Shown: positions 16,442 through 29,452 of the stretch, one piece after another
Position numbering within the stretch: position 1 is the first letter of the stretch
Layout of the letters: each line of letters opens with the position of its first letter
DNA from: Eledone cirrhosa
Taxonomy: Eukaryota
NCBI GenBank assembly: GCA_964016885.1
Contig: OZ024747.1
Coordinates: 82,212,001-82,276,000, forward strand
Direction of reading: 5' to 3'
DNA: 64,000 nucleotides
Notes under the pieces: generated by a model
Told to the model about the DNA's origin: nothing
Seen by the model: the letters and a program-made list of their open reading frames with translations, nothing else
Databases searched by the model: none
Program-made: the position numbers and the translations under genes

Positions 16442-16572
16442 TGTCTGCATAAATTATAACATAAATACAGCTTCCACTACTACTGTCTGCATAAATTATA
16501 TAAATACAGCTTCCACTACTACTGTCTGCATAAATTATAACATAAATACAGCTTCCACTACTACTGTCTGCA
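16442..16572. repeat. ~42-bp tandem repeat, 3 copies
   Basis: TGTCTGCATAAATTATAACATAAATACAGCTTCCACTACTAC repeated with no spacers. Confidence 0.9.
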
Positions 16573-17744
16573 TCTTTTTAATTTTCGATTTCTTGCCTAT
16601 ATCTGAATTATAATCAAATTGTTATTATTAAATTGTAATAATTCATTTTAAAACTACACAGAGCTAATTGTTAAAATTATAGAAGTCTAGCTTCAGAACA
16701 TGATTTTTCTCATCCTATGAATATTTTTTTATGATTATTTGCTGGCTCTTCATCAGATTTAATGCTATATATAAAGCCTCAAGGGTCATTTACACGAAAT
16801 TTATTAATTTCTGCTTTGTCTTTCAGATTAATAACTTAATAGAAAATTGATATTTGGTAGATGTATCTGAATCTTAGTCTCGCCGTGATTAACACGCGAC
16901 TGAGTTGAAACGACATACAACTGATTTCAATTGATAAAACATCGAATAAAGTAACTTTTCTTCTTTCCTTTATTCAAAAGTACTTTTATTTTAAAACTTT
17001 TATTGTCTTCAATGTCAATAAAGTCATTTAGTTGCGATATCAATTGGGAAAAGTGATTAAAATTATAAGTGAATGGGCTCACATTTTACAAACAAAGAGA
17101 TATGCACCAAAAGCAACCATATCTCTTTTCCATTGACCGTTGGCATTTGATGTACATACGGACAGGGAATTTGTTTGTGGCAGACGTCGTCTGTAACTAA
17201 AATCTGAGTTTGAAACAATCAGTTTGTGTTAGCATACTACTATTCAGTCAGAAGTATTACCTGTACTTAGATCTCTATGGTTTTCTCGTAATCCTACATA
17301 CGTCCATGAGACCGCCATCAAAGCGCTCATACTTTAAATGACATTGAACTCGTCTGGAAAAGTACACTATTTAAATCTAATGAAAAGGTTTATAGTACAG
17401 ATGACACATTGTGCTGCCGTGGGAGTATCTAAATCATCACTCGACCTGCTATAAATATTAGCAAATTCCCTCAGTTAATTCTATACTTTCATTAAAGAGG
17501 ACACAATGCGCAATAAAGTGCTAGATATTGAGAAAAAATGGGATGTTCACAGCTAAAATAGGCTCACCTATGGCTGAACATCAACAAAAACAAAAACAGC
17601 AGAGACAGATGGGTTGTTTATATTAAACCAAACTCAATCTTCCAAGGGGCAAACGCACTGGTATAATAAATGTTTCCTTGAAGTTGACTCTGTAATGATT
17701 ATGTATATGTGTATTTATGTATACATGTTTGTATAAATGAAGGT

Positions 17745-17995
17745 ATTGTGTCCTTGAGCAAGACACTTTATTTCACGTTGCTCCAGTCCACTGAGCCGGC
17801 AAAAATGAATTGTACCTTTAGTTCAAAGGACCAGCCTTGTCACACACTGTGTCACATTGAATCTCACTGAGAACTACGTAAAGGGTGTACGTGTTTGTAG
17901 AATGCTCAGCCTCTTGCATGTTAATTTCAGGACCAGGCTGTTCCATTGATTGGATCAACTGAAACACTCGTCGTCGTAACCGACGGAGTGCCTAC
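17745..17995 (+). mobile_element. Headless CORE-type SINE
   Basis: TTGTGTCCTTGAGCAAGACACTTTATTTCACGTTGCTCCAG plus a tail shared with 5975-6130. Confidence 0.7.
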
Positions 17996-18351
17996 AATAT
18001 GTTGTTTTGCTATTAATGAGGCATTGAAAACTAAAGGGGGTTTATCAAACTAATAGATGAGTTAGTGTAATATCAATACACGAAATAATTGTTAGTGATG
18101 AGGAGTAAAGATGTAATGAGCACTGATGAAGTTTAGAGACCACAGGTTTATAGATTTGACTTTAAAGTCCGGTAAAAATAACATTCCGAATTGATCGAGA
18201 TATCTGCATTAATATATCCTGAATAAGTAAACTGTTTGAAATACTTCTTTAAAATTAAATTTGAATTGTTTGTTTAAAACTTAGCAAACTCTCCCGAGAG
18301 CGATGAATTACGTTTGCGTGTGTGTGTAAAAGGGGGAGACAGAGTGTGTTT

Positions 18352-18426
<75 letters not shown>

Positions 18427-19290
18427 AGAGAGAGAAAGAGAGAGAGAAAAGAAGAAAGTGAATTTTAATTAATTGAGTTTTCTGGAAATGAAAATCTCGA
18501 ATTTAGTTCATCTAATTTTATCAGTAAAATTCTCTTCGCGAAAATAAAAATAAAAACGAATGATATGAAATATAATAAGAATGAATGATTTATCATAATT
18601 GAACACCAGAAAGACAAATATAATACAACTCAGCCCCACAGACCAGCCAACCAGACGAAGCATCTATTATTGACTTTAGAAAACTCAATTCCAGAGTTTG
18701 CCAACAACAACTTAGTCTGTATTAGGAACAAGGAAAGTAGATTTATCAACTTTTTAATAATCAGAAGTGATGTTTTGTTCCATGTGTAACAAGTTCCATA
18801 TGTAACACTGTCAATTCCATAAATCACTTTCATTAAAACCTGGTTAATAATTCTGATTTATTGTCTGATAAATTTAGGAGAATAATTCCATAGTATTTTA
18901 ATTGAATTACTTGTTGAGAGGACTCGAAGCAGGTTATGGCGGAAATATATATATATTTATATGACACAGCAATGTGGGCACATGTTGTGTGACTCACGTA
19001 TAGTCGTTGAGAGATAACATGGTGGGCTAAGAGATGACAGGTAAGGTGTTCATATTCCGAAAGCGACTCTCTTTTCTGCACATATTAAAGAGACTAATTT
19101 ATAATCCATTGTTTTACGGATGAAATAAATAATATTAAGCTTTTTCACAAAATATAAACAAGGATTCTATTTCTCACACTCTCTTCTTCTCTGTCATATA
19201 ACATACACTCACAAACGCACACGCACACACACACATAAAATTTTCTGCCCTTCATTTATGGGTTTACCGTGTCGATAGGAAATAAAACAA

Positions 19291-19332
<42 letters not shown>

Positions 19333-19338
<6 letters not shown>

Positions 19339-19697
19339 TAATAAAAATAATGAATAAACAAAGAAACAGTTCCTTATATTAAAAAATTCATCATTTTACG
19401 ATCGTTTCTAGGATATATATGTTAGTGTTGGTATGCATATCATATAGATCTATGTAAATTTTTTACAAACTATCAGAAGGAATATACATAGCTACACATA
19501 TATATGCTGTCTTCTGAAGACAGCATATATATGTGTAGCTATGTATATTCCTTCTGATAGTTTGTAAAAAATTTACATAGATCTATATGATATGCATACC
19601 AACACTAACATATATATCCTAGAAACGATCGTAAAATGATGAATTTTTTAATATAAGGAACTGTTTCTTTGTTTATTCATTATTTTTATTAATTTAT
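19333..19697. repeat. 365-bp palindrome of HHR family C element, centred at 19515
   Basis: 182-bp arms appear perfectly complementary around GTCTTC-T-GAAGAC. The right arm reads CTGAAGA(19514)...GAAACGATCGTA(19622-19633); homolog at 49797-50010. Confidence 0.92.
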
Positions 19698-19829
19698 CTT
19701 GACTCTGTTTTCCTGTATTTTTCATCGAAAAAATTTTTTGAATACATCTTCTCTTTTCATGATATTCGGATTACATTGAGTTCTTCATACGGATTGGACA
19801 CTACTGTACATTTTGGTAGATTTATCTAC

Positions 19830-19926
<97 letters not shown>

Positions 19927-20188
19927 CATACGATTGTGATATATGGATGTGTTTTCATTGATTCTGTATATTCTATGTATTATCTGTTAACACAAGAATG
20001 AGATTATAATATATAGTCACATCTATAGAGCAATAATAGAGATCGAGTAGGGTTTTACACCATATTTATTTCTCCCTTATCTTTTCTGCTCGTCCTTGTA
20101 AAAACATGGGGTAGAAGAAGAATATATCTTAATGTTTCCATCTTAGTTATTTGTCAATTAAATATATAAATATATATATATATATATA

Positions 20189-20490
<302 letters not shown>

Positions 20491-20561
20491 TATGGTTGCT
20501 AGGATGCGTCCATAGGCGGTATGCCGGTTGAGCACTCTATGCTTCTTCGGAGCAGAGTATG

Positions 20562-20747
20562 ATACAATGGAAAACGAAGAATCAGTGATGCATCGGAACA
20601 CAGTTTATTACGTATCTGAGGAACTTGCGAATCCAGAGTCAGGTTCGATCCACAAACAGATCGCACCTCGAGCTGTTCGCCGGAGAAACAATTGTAATAC
20701 GTAATAAATTGTGTTCTGATGCATCACGGATTCTTCCTTTTCCATTT

Positions 20748-20750
<3 letters not shown>
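20562..20750 (+). ncRNA. Type I hammerhead ribozyme, family D-related, with ~54-bp extended stem I
   Basis: TTATTACGTAT-CTGAGGA(20616-20622)-62-nt stem II-GAAA-CAATTG-TA(20696)-ATACGTAATAA; homolog at 59943-60026. Confidence 0.8.
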
Positions 20751-20829
<79 letters not shown>

Positions 20830-21374
20830 GTGAAAGAGAAAAAGAGGATGGGGAAGAAATAGACAATATTATTGTTAGAGGAAATTGTAGAAGATTTGCT
20901 CCCCTTTTTTCTCTTACAGTTGTGTTCCTTGAATTCAAAATAAAAAGGTCGAACTTTTATTGCAGATCTTTACAGTTGACAGTTCTCCCTTCTTAAGTGT
21001 AAATACATAACATGGGGAGGTAAAATTCATAAAAGTATGAGAACGATAAAATAAAATACCAGTCAACTACTGAGGTTGATATAATCGACCCCCCCCCCTC
21101 TCCCTGCGTCAAAATATCTGGCCTTCTGCTCAATTTTGGATGACATTATCTTTCGGGTTATTAAAACGGAAAATCTGTTTCTTGTTGATTTCCCACCGAA
21201 TATTAAGAACAATCGATAAATCGGTGTTCATCGATAATAATTGTTTCTACTTTAGGCACAAGGCCAGCAATTACCCAGTGCATTACTAATAATGTTAAAT
21301 AGAAAGTGAATGAGTCACATAGTTCTAATGTACTATAAAAGTATATAGAAAGTTGTGAATATAATGCTTTCTAA

Positions 21375-21807
21375 TTTTAGCACAAGGCCAGCAATTAACC
21401 CTTTAATATTTGCATTACTCTATATTTACTATTGTATTTTCACATTAAAGGCTTTACCTTACATATTTATCTCACGTAATATCGAATCTATGAGATTTTA
21501 ATGTTATTTATTTTGAGAACAATACCTTAACATCAGTATGAGGGACCAGTAATAGCTGGTTTAAACAGAAAGAAGTCAGAGTATACTGGCCGGATACAGC
21601 CGGTTTAAATGCTAAAGGGTTAAGGGGGAGGTGTCAGTCAATTACTTAAACTCCAGTGTTTAACTGGTACTTTATTTAATCGATCTAAAACAAATAAAAG
21701 GCAAAGTTGATCTAGATGGTATTTGAACTCAGAAAGTAAATAGTCTGAATGAATATCGTCAAACATTCTATACGACCTTCTAACGATTCTACCAACCCAC
21801 CGCCCTG
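21375..21807 (-). mobile_element. SINE family A interrupted by a MITE
   Basis: SINE tail CACAAGGCCAGCAATTAA resumes after 21623 as the family A body. Confidence 0.65.
21399..21619. mobile_element. piggyBac-like MITE
   Basis: TTAA|CCCTTTAATATTT...AAATGCTAAAGGG|TTAA: TTAA target-site duplication and CCC/GGG termini. Confidence 0.75.
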
Positions 21808-22226
21808 ATGGGGTTAATATACTATATTTAGTGGTGTATATGTGTATTGTGTTTAATGGAAATATGAACATTACTTTAAAAAAATCAATGTGTATAGTTG
21901 TACAGTGATCATCAAGGCGAGTATCAACAGTTAATGTGAATTTATATATAATTTCTCTTGAGATTAAAGGTGAAATGAAAATAATGAGTTCGTCGTTATA
22001 GAAGTAAACACTTAATGGGTAACTCTCTCAAACAAAGTTGATTGCTCGCTAATGTAGAAAGCTAGAAACTAAAGCATTTAGCATAGATGAACTGCTATAC
22101 TGGCAGTAAATAAACATCCTTGACACAGATAGATGTGGGTTCAACAACAGGAGTCAGTGTGTTTTTGTTATTGTAGTGAAACTGAAGAACTAAATGTTTT
22201 TTTTTTTTTTTTTTTTTACATGTGAA

Positions 22227-22385
22227 GGCGGCGAATTGGCAGAATCGTTTGGGCAACAAATTAAGAAAAATGCCTCAGTATTTGTTCCAGTTCACTGTGC
22301 TCTGTGTTCAAATCCCACCGAGGTCAACTTTGCCATTCATCCTTTCGAGGTTAATGAATAAAGTACCAGTTCAATACTGTAGTCG
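22227..22385 (+). mobile_element. SINE family A (diverged)
   Basis: GTTCAAATCCCACCGAGGTCAACTTTGCCATTCATCC. Confidence 0.7.
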
Positions 22386-24185
22386 ATACTTTTCTTTATT
22401 TCTCTTTATCAGGTTCTCCATCACGTTCTCTCTTTATCTTTATCTGAAAAGTTATGTTATGGTACCCCGCCAGGCTTAAAATGCCCAATGCGGCACCCCT
22501 ACAACTTCATCAAGGATTAAGAGTCATTTACCTTACCTCATAATAAGTACATCTATTTCAACTGTAAAGCAGTCATAGGGGAGATAATTCACCCTCTTTT
22601 GAATGTACACTCATGTACACTCTGGATATGGTTAAAATTGACCTGTCAGATTTTCAAAGATATTACTCATACTTACATCACTATTAGGTAATTCCTAAGC
22701 CTTAATACCAGAAGTCAGTACTTAATCAATCGTATAATATAATTATTAAGGGGCAAACATTGTTTCTTCTCTGAATTGTCGTAGATGATGCATATAATAT
22801 GGAAACTTTATGAGAAAAATAAAGAATTTCGAATTATGAATTAATATCCTCATTTACCAAGATCTTAAGTATGACTGTTGGTCCTAACAGTGATTCAATC
22901 ATACCTTAGACTAGTTTACCTTTCTATTCCTTCGGGTTCAAAACATAGTAACTACCCAACCTAGTATCGGTGCGATCGAATAAGTAAAAATAGTTCAAAT
23001 GTGAGTTGGTGTGCTGAAATAACATCAGATATTTTAAACATTGACTTGACGGAAGTATGGCCAAAATTTCAAATATTATGATGATGTGCCGGATCGGAGG
23101 AATGCTATCAATTTGCAAAAGGTTAAGGGACTAATCGATCGACTATTATCAGATATCAAAATTTGAAATCGATTTATCTCGGAATTAATAAATAAATTAA
23201 AACATATAAAATAAAATGTGCTTTGCTACGTTTTTCTTTATTTTCAGTTTTTAATTTTGTCTCACATCAAAATGTTCAGACTGTCTTTTGAACTCATTCC
23301 TATTTTCTTGCTTCATAACAGAGTTTTTAATTTTCTTTTTATTCATTTCCCTTCATATTTTACTAATAAATAACTAAAAGAGGAAATGACGCATAAGACC
23401 TTTCAGATTTTGGTTTCTATTCCTTTGTTCAGAAATATTTTCGAAAAATCTCATAGAAAGAGGCAGTCAGCAACAACCTAACTTTGATATAACATTCTCT
23501 TGCTATTTGCCAACAGAGCAATCTTCCTCATGCTCTCCACCACACCCAAACATCAATAAACAGCTGACTACATCAAACCCTGAATAAATTTCTATCAAAA
23601 AACACATTCATGAATTCGATCAATCATTTCGTATTCTAGGCACTAAGGTTGTTTGGTGGTGGTTGCAAAACTCAAAGCCTATTTTCTATTTTAATTATTT
23701 TATTCACGCATAAAAGACTGTCCACAACATGATCTGGGTTTTGAATAGTGTTTTGACCTGAGAAAACAGAGTTTATAGATGTTTAGTAAATATACACTAT
23801 CAGTAGATGCTGACTTGGTCGAGATATCAATTAGATAACTAGATAGCCAACGTCAGTAAATTTTGACGAGAGAAAGAGAGAGGAATGAGAAAGAGAGAGA
23901 TAGAGTGAAGGGGAGAGATAGTTAGTAGAAGTTGATTAGCTAGTAAGATCTAAATAGATATTATCTATTTAGATAACTGTTTGTTGACGTTATCTAAAGA
24001 GAAGAGAGTTGATGTTGCTAAAAATATATAAGAAGATAAAGTTTGAAGATGTTGACTTGTTATTCTCTACATATTGACTACATATTGACTACATATTGAC
24101 TGTCTAAAGAGAGATCGTAGATATTTGTTTGAGAAATATTGAATGTAAATATCAAATAGACAGAGATATGTTCTAAACGTCCATA

Positions 24186-24228
<43 letters not shown>

Positions 24229-24400
24229 CTTTGGGAGCCCCTACATGGACACACTGGAAGGGGAAGACCAAGGTTAACATATGTTGATGCCCTAAGGACA
24301 GACACTGGTCTGTTGGAGATGCAGGATATGGCAGCGATAATGAGGGACAGAGACCGCTGGAGAGAACTCGTCCATGGATCTCGGGAATTTTACCCGCCTT

Positions 24401-24402
<2 letters not shown>
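24229..24402 (+). pseudogene. 3' end of an RTE-clade LINE ORF, 5'-truncated, inside (TA)n
   Basis: Translates [57 protein letters not shown], matching the RGRP...DR..WR C-terminus typical of RTE elements. Confidence 0.85.
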
Positions 24403-24457
<55 letters not shown>

Positions 24458-24490
24458 TATATATACATATATATATACATATATATATAC

Positions 24491-24619
<129 letters not shown>

Positions 24620-24654
24620 CATATATATATATACATATATATATACATAGATAT

Positions 24655-24743
<89 letters not shown>

Positions 24744-24926
24744 AATGTGTGAAAACGAATGAACAAAAGCATCTCTTCTCCTTATCAGCCATCCCTTAAG
24801 TCATACAATTTCGTGCATAATGGTGGCATTACATAACATTAAGCCCAGGTTGCACAACGGCTTAGACAAAGTCGCCGGATGGTGTATGTGAGCCAATACA
24901 ACATAGACACACACACGCTCACCCCC

Positions 24927-25000
<74 letters not shown>

Positions 25001-25342
25001 AATGTTGGGTTGCATATTCATAGGATAAAAGATAAGAAGCATTTACTGATGGGCTGACTTCATGCGCGTAGCAGAGTCGTATTTGTTATTTGTCATATGT
25101 ATCTTGATTGAGTAGTAATCGAGTTTCTAACTAATAATCCAGACTTGGTTGGTTCGGTGAAAATGGAATACCAGTCAATAAAAATATATAAAGCATATTA
25201 TGACACCCATGCTATCCTCTACCGTCCACCCTGGACCCCCAGCCCAGACCTTTCACCCCCACTACTTATCACTACTTTTTAACTTCCTTCCCTAACCTTC
25301 TCACACTAGTATTACGTGTATTTGTTCTCTCCTTATCCGAAT

Positions 25343-25378
25343 TTTCCTGAAGAAGGACTTCCGTTCGAAATGTTGAAA
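25343..25378 (+). ncRNA. Minimal Penelope-type hammerhead motif
   Basis: TTTC-CTGAAGA-A-GGAC ttcc GTTC-GAAA-TG-TT-GAAA, downstream of a C/T-rich tract (25200-25340). Confidence 0.6.
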
Positions 25379-25493
25379 CATCTTCCACTTTTACCAAATG
25401 TGAACCTAATGTAACTGTGTAAAATTTCCTCCTGTGTTTTGTTTGTTTCATTTATTAACTCTGTGGGGGGGGGGGGGGGGTATGTGTGTATGT

Positions 25494-25586
<93 letters not shown>

Positions 25587-26188
25587 GGTGTGTGTGTGTG
25601 CGCGCGCGTGTTTATGTGTGTGTGTGTGTGTGTGTGCGCGCGCACTTTAGAAAGAGAGAGTTTAGAAATATCTTTATAACCATTTCCGGCAAATTCTAAC
25701 TAGTTAGATACGGTGTGTAAATATTTTGAAATTGTGACAGTTTGTAAACAGAGGCATCATCTATGTAATATATTAGGTCAAAATGAATAGTATATAAATG
25801 TTGCCTAAAGAGCGAAACTATCTCCAGACGTCAATTAGAGCGAGATCTCGTCAAGTGAGACAGCAAAATGGAGACGTCTAACCAGAAGCAAAAGTACACG
25901 AGACTACGATCTGTCATGAATATAAGATGTTTCGTAGTATACAGGGCATAAATAGATTCTACTTTATCAAAAAATAGAAACTAATTCAAATTTAAGAAAA
26001 ATAGAAATAAAGGGAACAGAGTCGAATGAGAAAAAACGAGAATATGATTGAAGGGATAATAAAATCATACATATATTCATATTGATCTATTTAGAATTAA
26101 TTGAATATTATCGTCATCAATTTTTTTCTATTCATATGTGTGTCTATGTATATATATGTGTGTCCGTATATATATATATATATGTGTG

Positions 26189-26333
<145 letters not shown>

Positions 26334-26372
26334 CCGTGTGTATACATATATGTCTGTGTGTATATATGTATA

Positions 26373-26404
<32 letters not shown>

Positions 26405-26704
26405 AATTGAAACAAAATGAAAACGAAATTTCATTTCTCACTCTTAGTATGGCACTTACTTAAATGTAAGTATGCATGTATACGTACATACATATATGTA
26501 TACAGACGTACAGTAGCATGCACATATATATATATATATACATATATACATACATATGCATACAGGTACACATACATATATGCACGTATCAGTTTAGCGG
26601 CGCTAACGTCGCTTTGTTCGTTTGTAAACAAACTGAACAGCCTGAATTTATGCCATACGGTGTTAAGGCAACCACGTCACCTTTTTGTTCAACACTGACA
26701 CAGG

Positions 26705-26749
26705 AACGATGTACTAGTTTCAAGCTTGTTAGCTATCATCAGCACCGTT
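26705..26749 (-). ncRNA. Minimal type I hammerhead ribozyme (array unit)
   Basis: Reverse complement: AACGGTG-CTGATGA-TAGCTAACAAGCTT-GAAA-CTAG-TA-CATCGTT. Confidence 0.8.
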
Positions 26750-27170
26750 TACCCATCTGCCAGATAGTTGAACGTTCGAAAGTATATACTTTCCTTATGA
26801 AAATTAACGGCTGAGCAGCCTAATTTGCATATTGAGTGAGTTAAATCGGTCAGGCATACCGAAAACGATAAATTGAAACAAAATGAAAACGAAATTTCAT
26901 TTCTCACTCTTAGTATGGCACTTACTTAAATGTAAGTATGCATGTATACGTACATACATATATGTATACAGACGTACAGTAGCATGCACATATATATATA
27001 TATATACATATATACATACATATGCATACAGGTACACATACATATATGCACGTATCAGTTTAGCGGCGCTAACGTCGCTTTGTTCGTTTGTAAACAAACT
27101 GAACAGCCTGAATTTATGCCATACGGTGTTAAGGCAACCACGTCACCTTTTTGTTCAACACTGACACAGG

Positions 27171-27215
27171 AACGATGTACTAGTTTCAAGCTTGTTAGCT
27201 ATCATCAGCACCGTT
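27171..27215 (-). ncRNA. Minimal type I hammerhead ribozyme (array unit)
   Basis: Identical motif, offset 466 bp. Confidence 0.8.
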
Positions 27216-27636
27216 TACCCATCTGCCAGATAGTTGAACGTTCGAAAGTATATACTTTCCTTATGAAAATTAACGGCTGAGCAGCCTAATTTGCATATTG
27301 AGTGAGTTAAATCGGTCAGGCATACCGAAAACGATAAATTGAAACAAAATGAAAACGAAATTTCATTTCTCACTCTTAGTATGGCACTTACTTAAATGTA
27401 AGTATGCATGTATACGTACATACATATATGTATACAGACGTACAGTAGCATGCACATATATATATATATATACATATATACATACATATGCATACAGGTA
27501 CACATACATATATGCACGTATCAGTTTAGCGGCGCTAACGTCGCTTTGTTCGTTTGTAAACAAACTGAACAGCCTGAATTTATGCCATACGGTGTTAAGG
27601 CAACCACGTCACCTTTTTGTTCAACACTGACACAGG

Positions 27637-27681
27637 AACGATGTACTAGTTTCAAGCTTGTTAGCTATCATCAGCACCGTT
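27637..27681 (-). ncRNA. Minimal type I hammerhead ribozyme (array unit)
   Basis: Identical motif, offset 466 bp. Confidence 0.8.
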
Positions 27682-28199
27682 TACCCATCTGCCAGATAGT
27701 TGAACGTTCGAAAGTATATACTTTCCTTATGAAAATTAACGGCTGAGCAGCTAACAAGCTTGAAACTAGTACATCGTTCCTGTGTCAGTGTTGAACAAAA
27801 AGGTGACGTGGTTGCCTTAACACCGTATGGCATAAATTCAGGCTGTTCAGTTTGTTTACAAACGAACAAAGCGACGTTAGCGCCGCTAAACTGATACGTG
27901 CATATATGTATGTGTACCTGTATGCATATGTATGTATATATGTATATATATATATATATGTGCATGCTACTGTACGTCTGTATACATATATGTATGTACG
28001 TATACATGCATACTTACATTTAAGTAAGTGCCATACTAAGAGTGAGAAATGAAATTTCGTTTTCATTTTGTTTCAATTTATCGTTTTCGGTATGCCTGAC
28101 CGATTTAACTCACTCAATATGCAAATTAGGCTGCTCAGCCGTTAATTTTCATAAGGAAAGTATATACTTTCGAACGTTCAATTATCTGGCAGATGGGTA

Positions 28200-28244
28200 A
28201 ACGGTGCTGATGATAGCTAACAAGCTTGAAACTAGTACATCGTT
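28200..28244 (+). ncRNA. Minimal type I hammerhead ribozyme (inverted arm)
   Basis: AACGGTG-CTGATGA-TAGCTAACAAGCTT-GAAA-CTAG-TA-CATCGTT; predicted cleavage after GUA at 28237. Confidence 0.8.
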
Positions 28245-28665
28245 CCTGTGTCAGTGTTGAACAAAAAGGTGACGTGGTTGCCTTAACACCGTATGGCATA
28301 AATTCAGGCTGTTCAGTTTGTTTACAAACGAACAAAGCGACGTTAGCGCCGCTAAACTGATACGTGCATATATGTATGTGTACCTGTATGCATATGTATG
28401 TATATATGTATATATATATATATATGTGCATGCTACTGTACGTCTGTATACATATATGTATGTACGTATACATGCATACTTACATTTAAGTAAGTGCCAT
28501 ACTAAGAGTGAGAAATGAAATTTCGTTTTCATTTTGTTTCAATTTATCGTTTTCGGTATGCCTGACCGATTTAACTCACTCAATATGCAAATTAGGCTGC
28601 TCAGCCGTTAATTTTCATAAGGAAAGTATATACTTTCGAACGTTCAACTATCTGGCAGATGGGTA

Positions 28666-28710
28666 AACGGTGCTGATGATAGCTAACAAGCTTGAAACTA
28701 GTACATCGTT
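28666..28710 (+). ncRNA. Minimal type I hammerhead ribozyme (inverted arm)
   Basis: Identical motif, offset 466 bp. Confidence 0.8.
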
Positions 28711-29131
28711 CCTGTGTCAGTGTTGAACAAAAAGGTGACGTGGTTGCCTTAACACCGTATGGCATAAATTCAGGCTGTTCAGTTTGTTTACAAACGAACA
28801 AAGCGACGTTAGCGCCGCTAAACTGATACGTGCATATATGTATGTGTACCTGTATGCATATGTATGTATATATGTATATATATATATATATGTGCATGCT
28901 ACTGTACGTCTGTATACATATATGTATGTACGTATACATGCATACTTACATTTAAGTAAGTGCCATACTAAGAGTGAGAAATGAAATTTCGTTTTCATTT
29001 TGTTTCAATTTATCGTTTTCGGTATGCCTGACCGATTTAACTCACTCAATATGCAAATTAGGCTGCTCAGCCGTTAATTTTCATAAGGAAAGTATATACT
29101 TTCGAACGTTCAACTATCTGGCAGATGGGTA

Positions 29132-29176
29132 AACGGTGCTGATGATAGCTAACAAGCTTGAAACTAGTACATCGTT
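29132..29176 (+). ncRNA. Minimal type I hammerhead ribozyme (inverted arm)
   Basis: Identical motif, offset 466 bp. Confidence 0.8.
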
Positions 29177-29412
29177 CCTGTGTCAGTGTTGAACAAAAAG
29201 GTGACGTGGTTGCCTTAACACCGTATGGCATAAATTCAGGCTGTTCAGTTTGTTTACAAACGAACAAAGCGACGTTAGCGCCGCTAAACTGATACGTGCA
29301 TATATGTATGTGTACCTGTATGCATATGTATGTATATATGTATATATATATATATATGTGCATGCTACTGTACGTCTGTATACATATATGTATGTACGTA
29401 TACATGCATACT

Positions 29413-29452
<40 letters not shown>

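Larger units (their letters stand above)
26402..29417. repeat. 466-bp tandem array with an internal inversion; retrozyme-like (one HHR per unit)
   Basis: Units start at 26402, 26868 and 27334; orientation flips at 27749-27751; ~3.6 inverted units run to 29417. Copies are nearly identical and both ends join (TA)n. Confidence 0.95.

Noticed and set aside
16442-16572. CRISPR-like repeat
   Set aside because: Contiguous tandem copies with no spacers, eukaryotic context and no cas genes.
26417-29405. Repeated 66-112-aa ORFs in the 466-bp array as a gene cluster
   Set aside because: Overlapping frames on both strands, TA-repeat-derived residues and no recognisable domain; the RNA motif explains the unit better.
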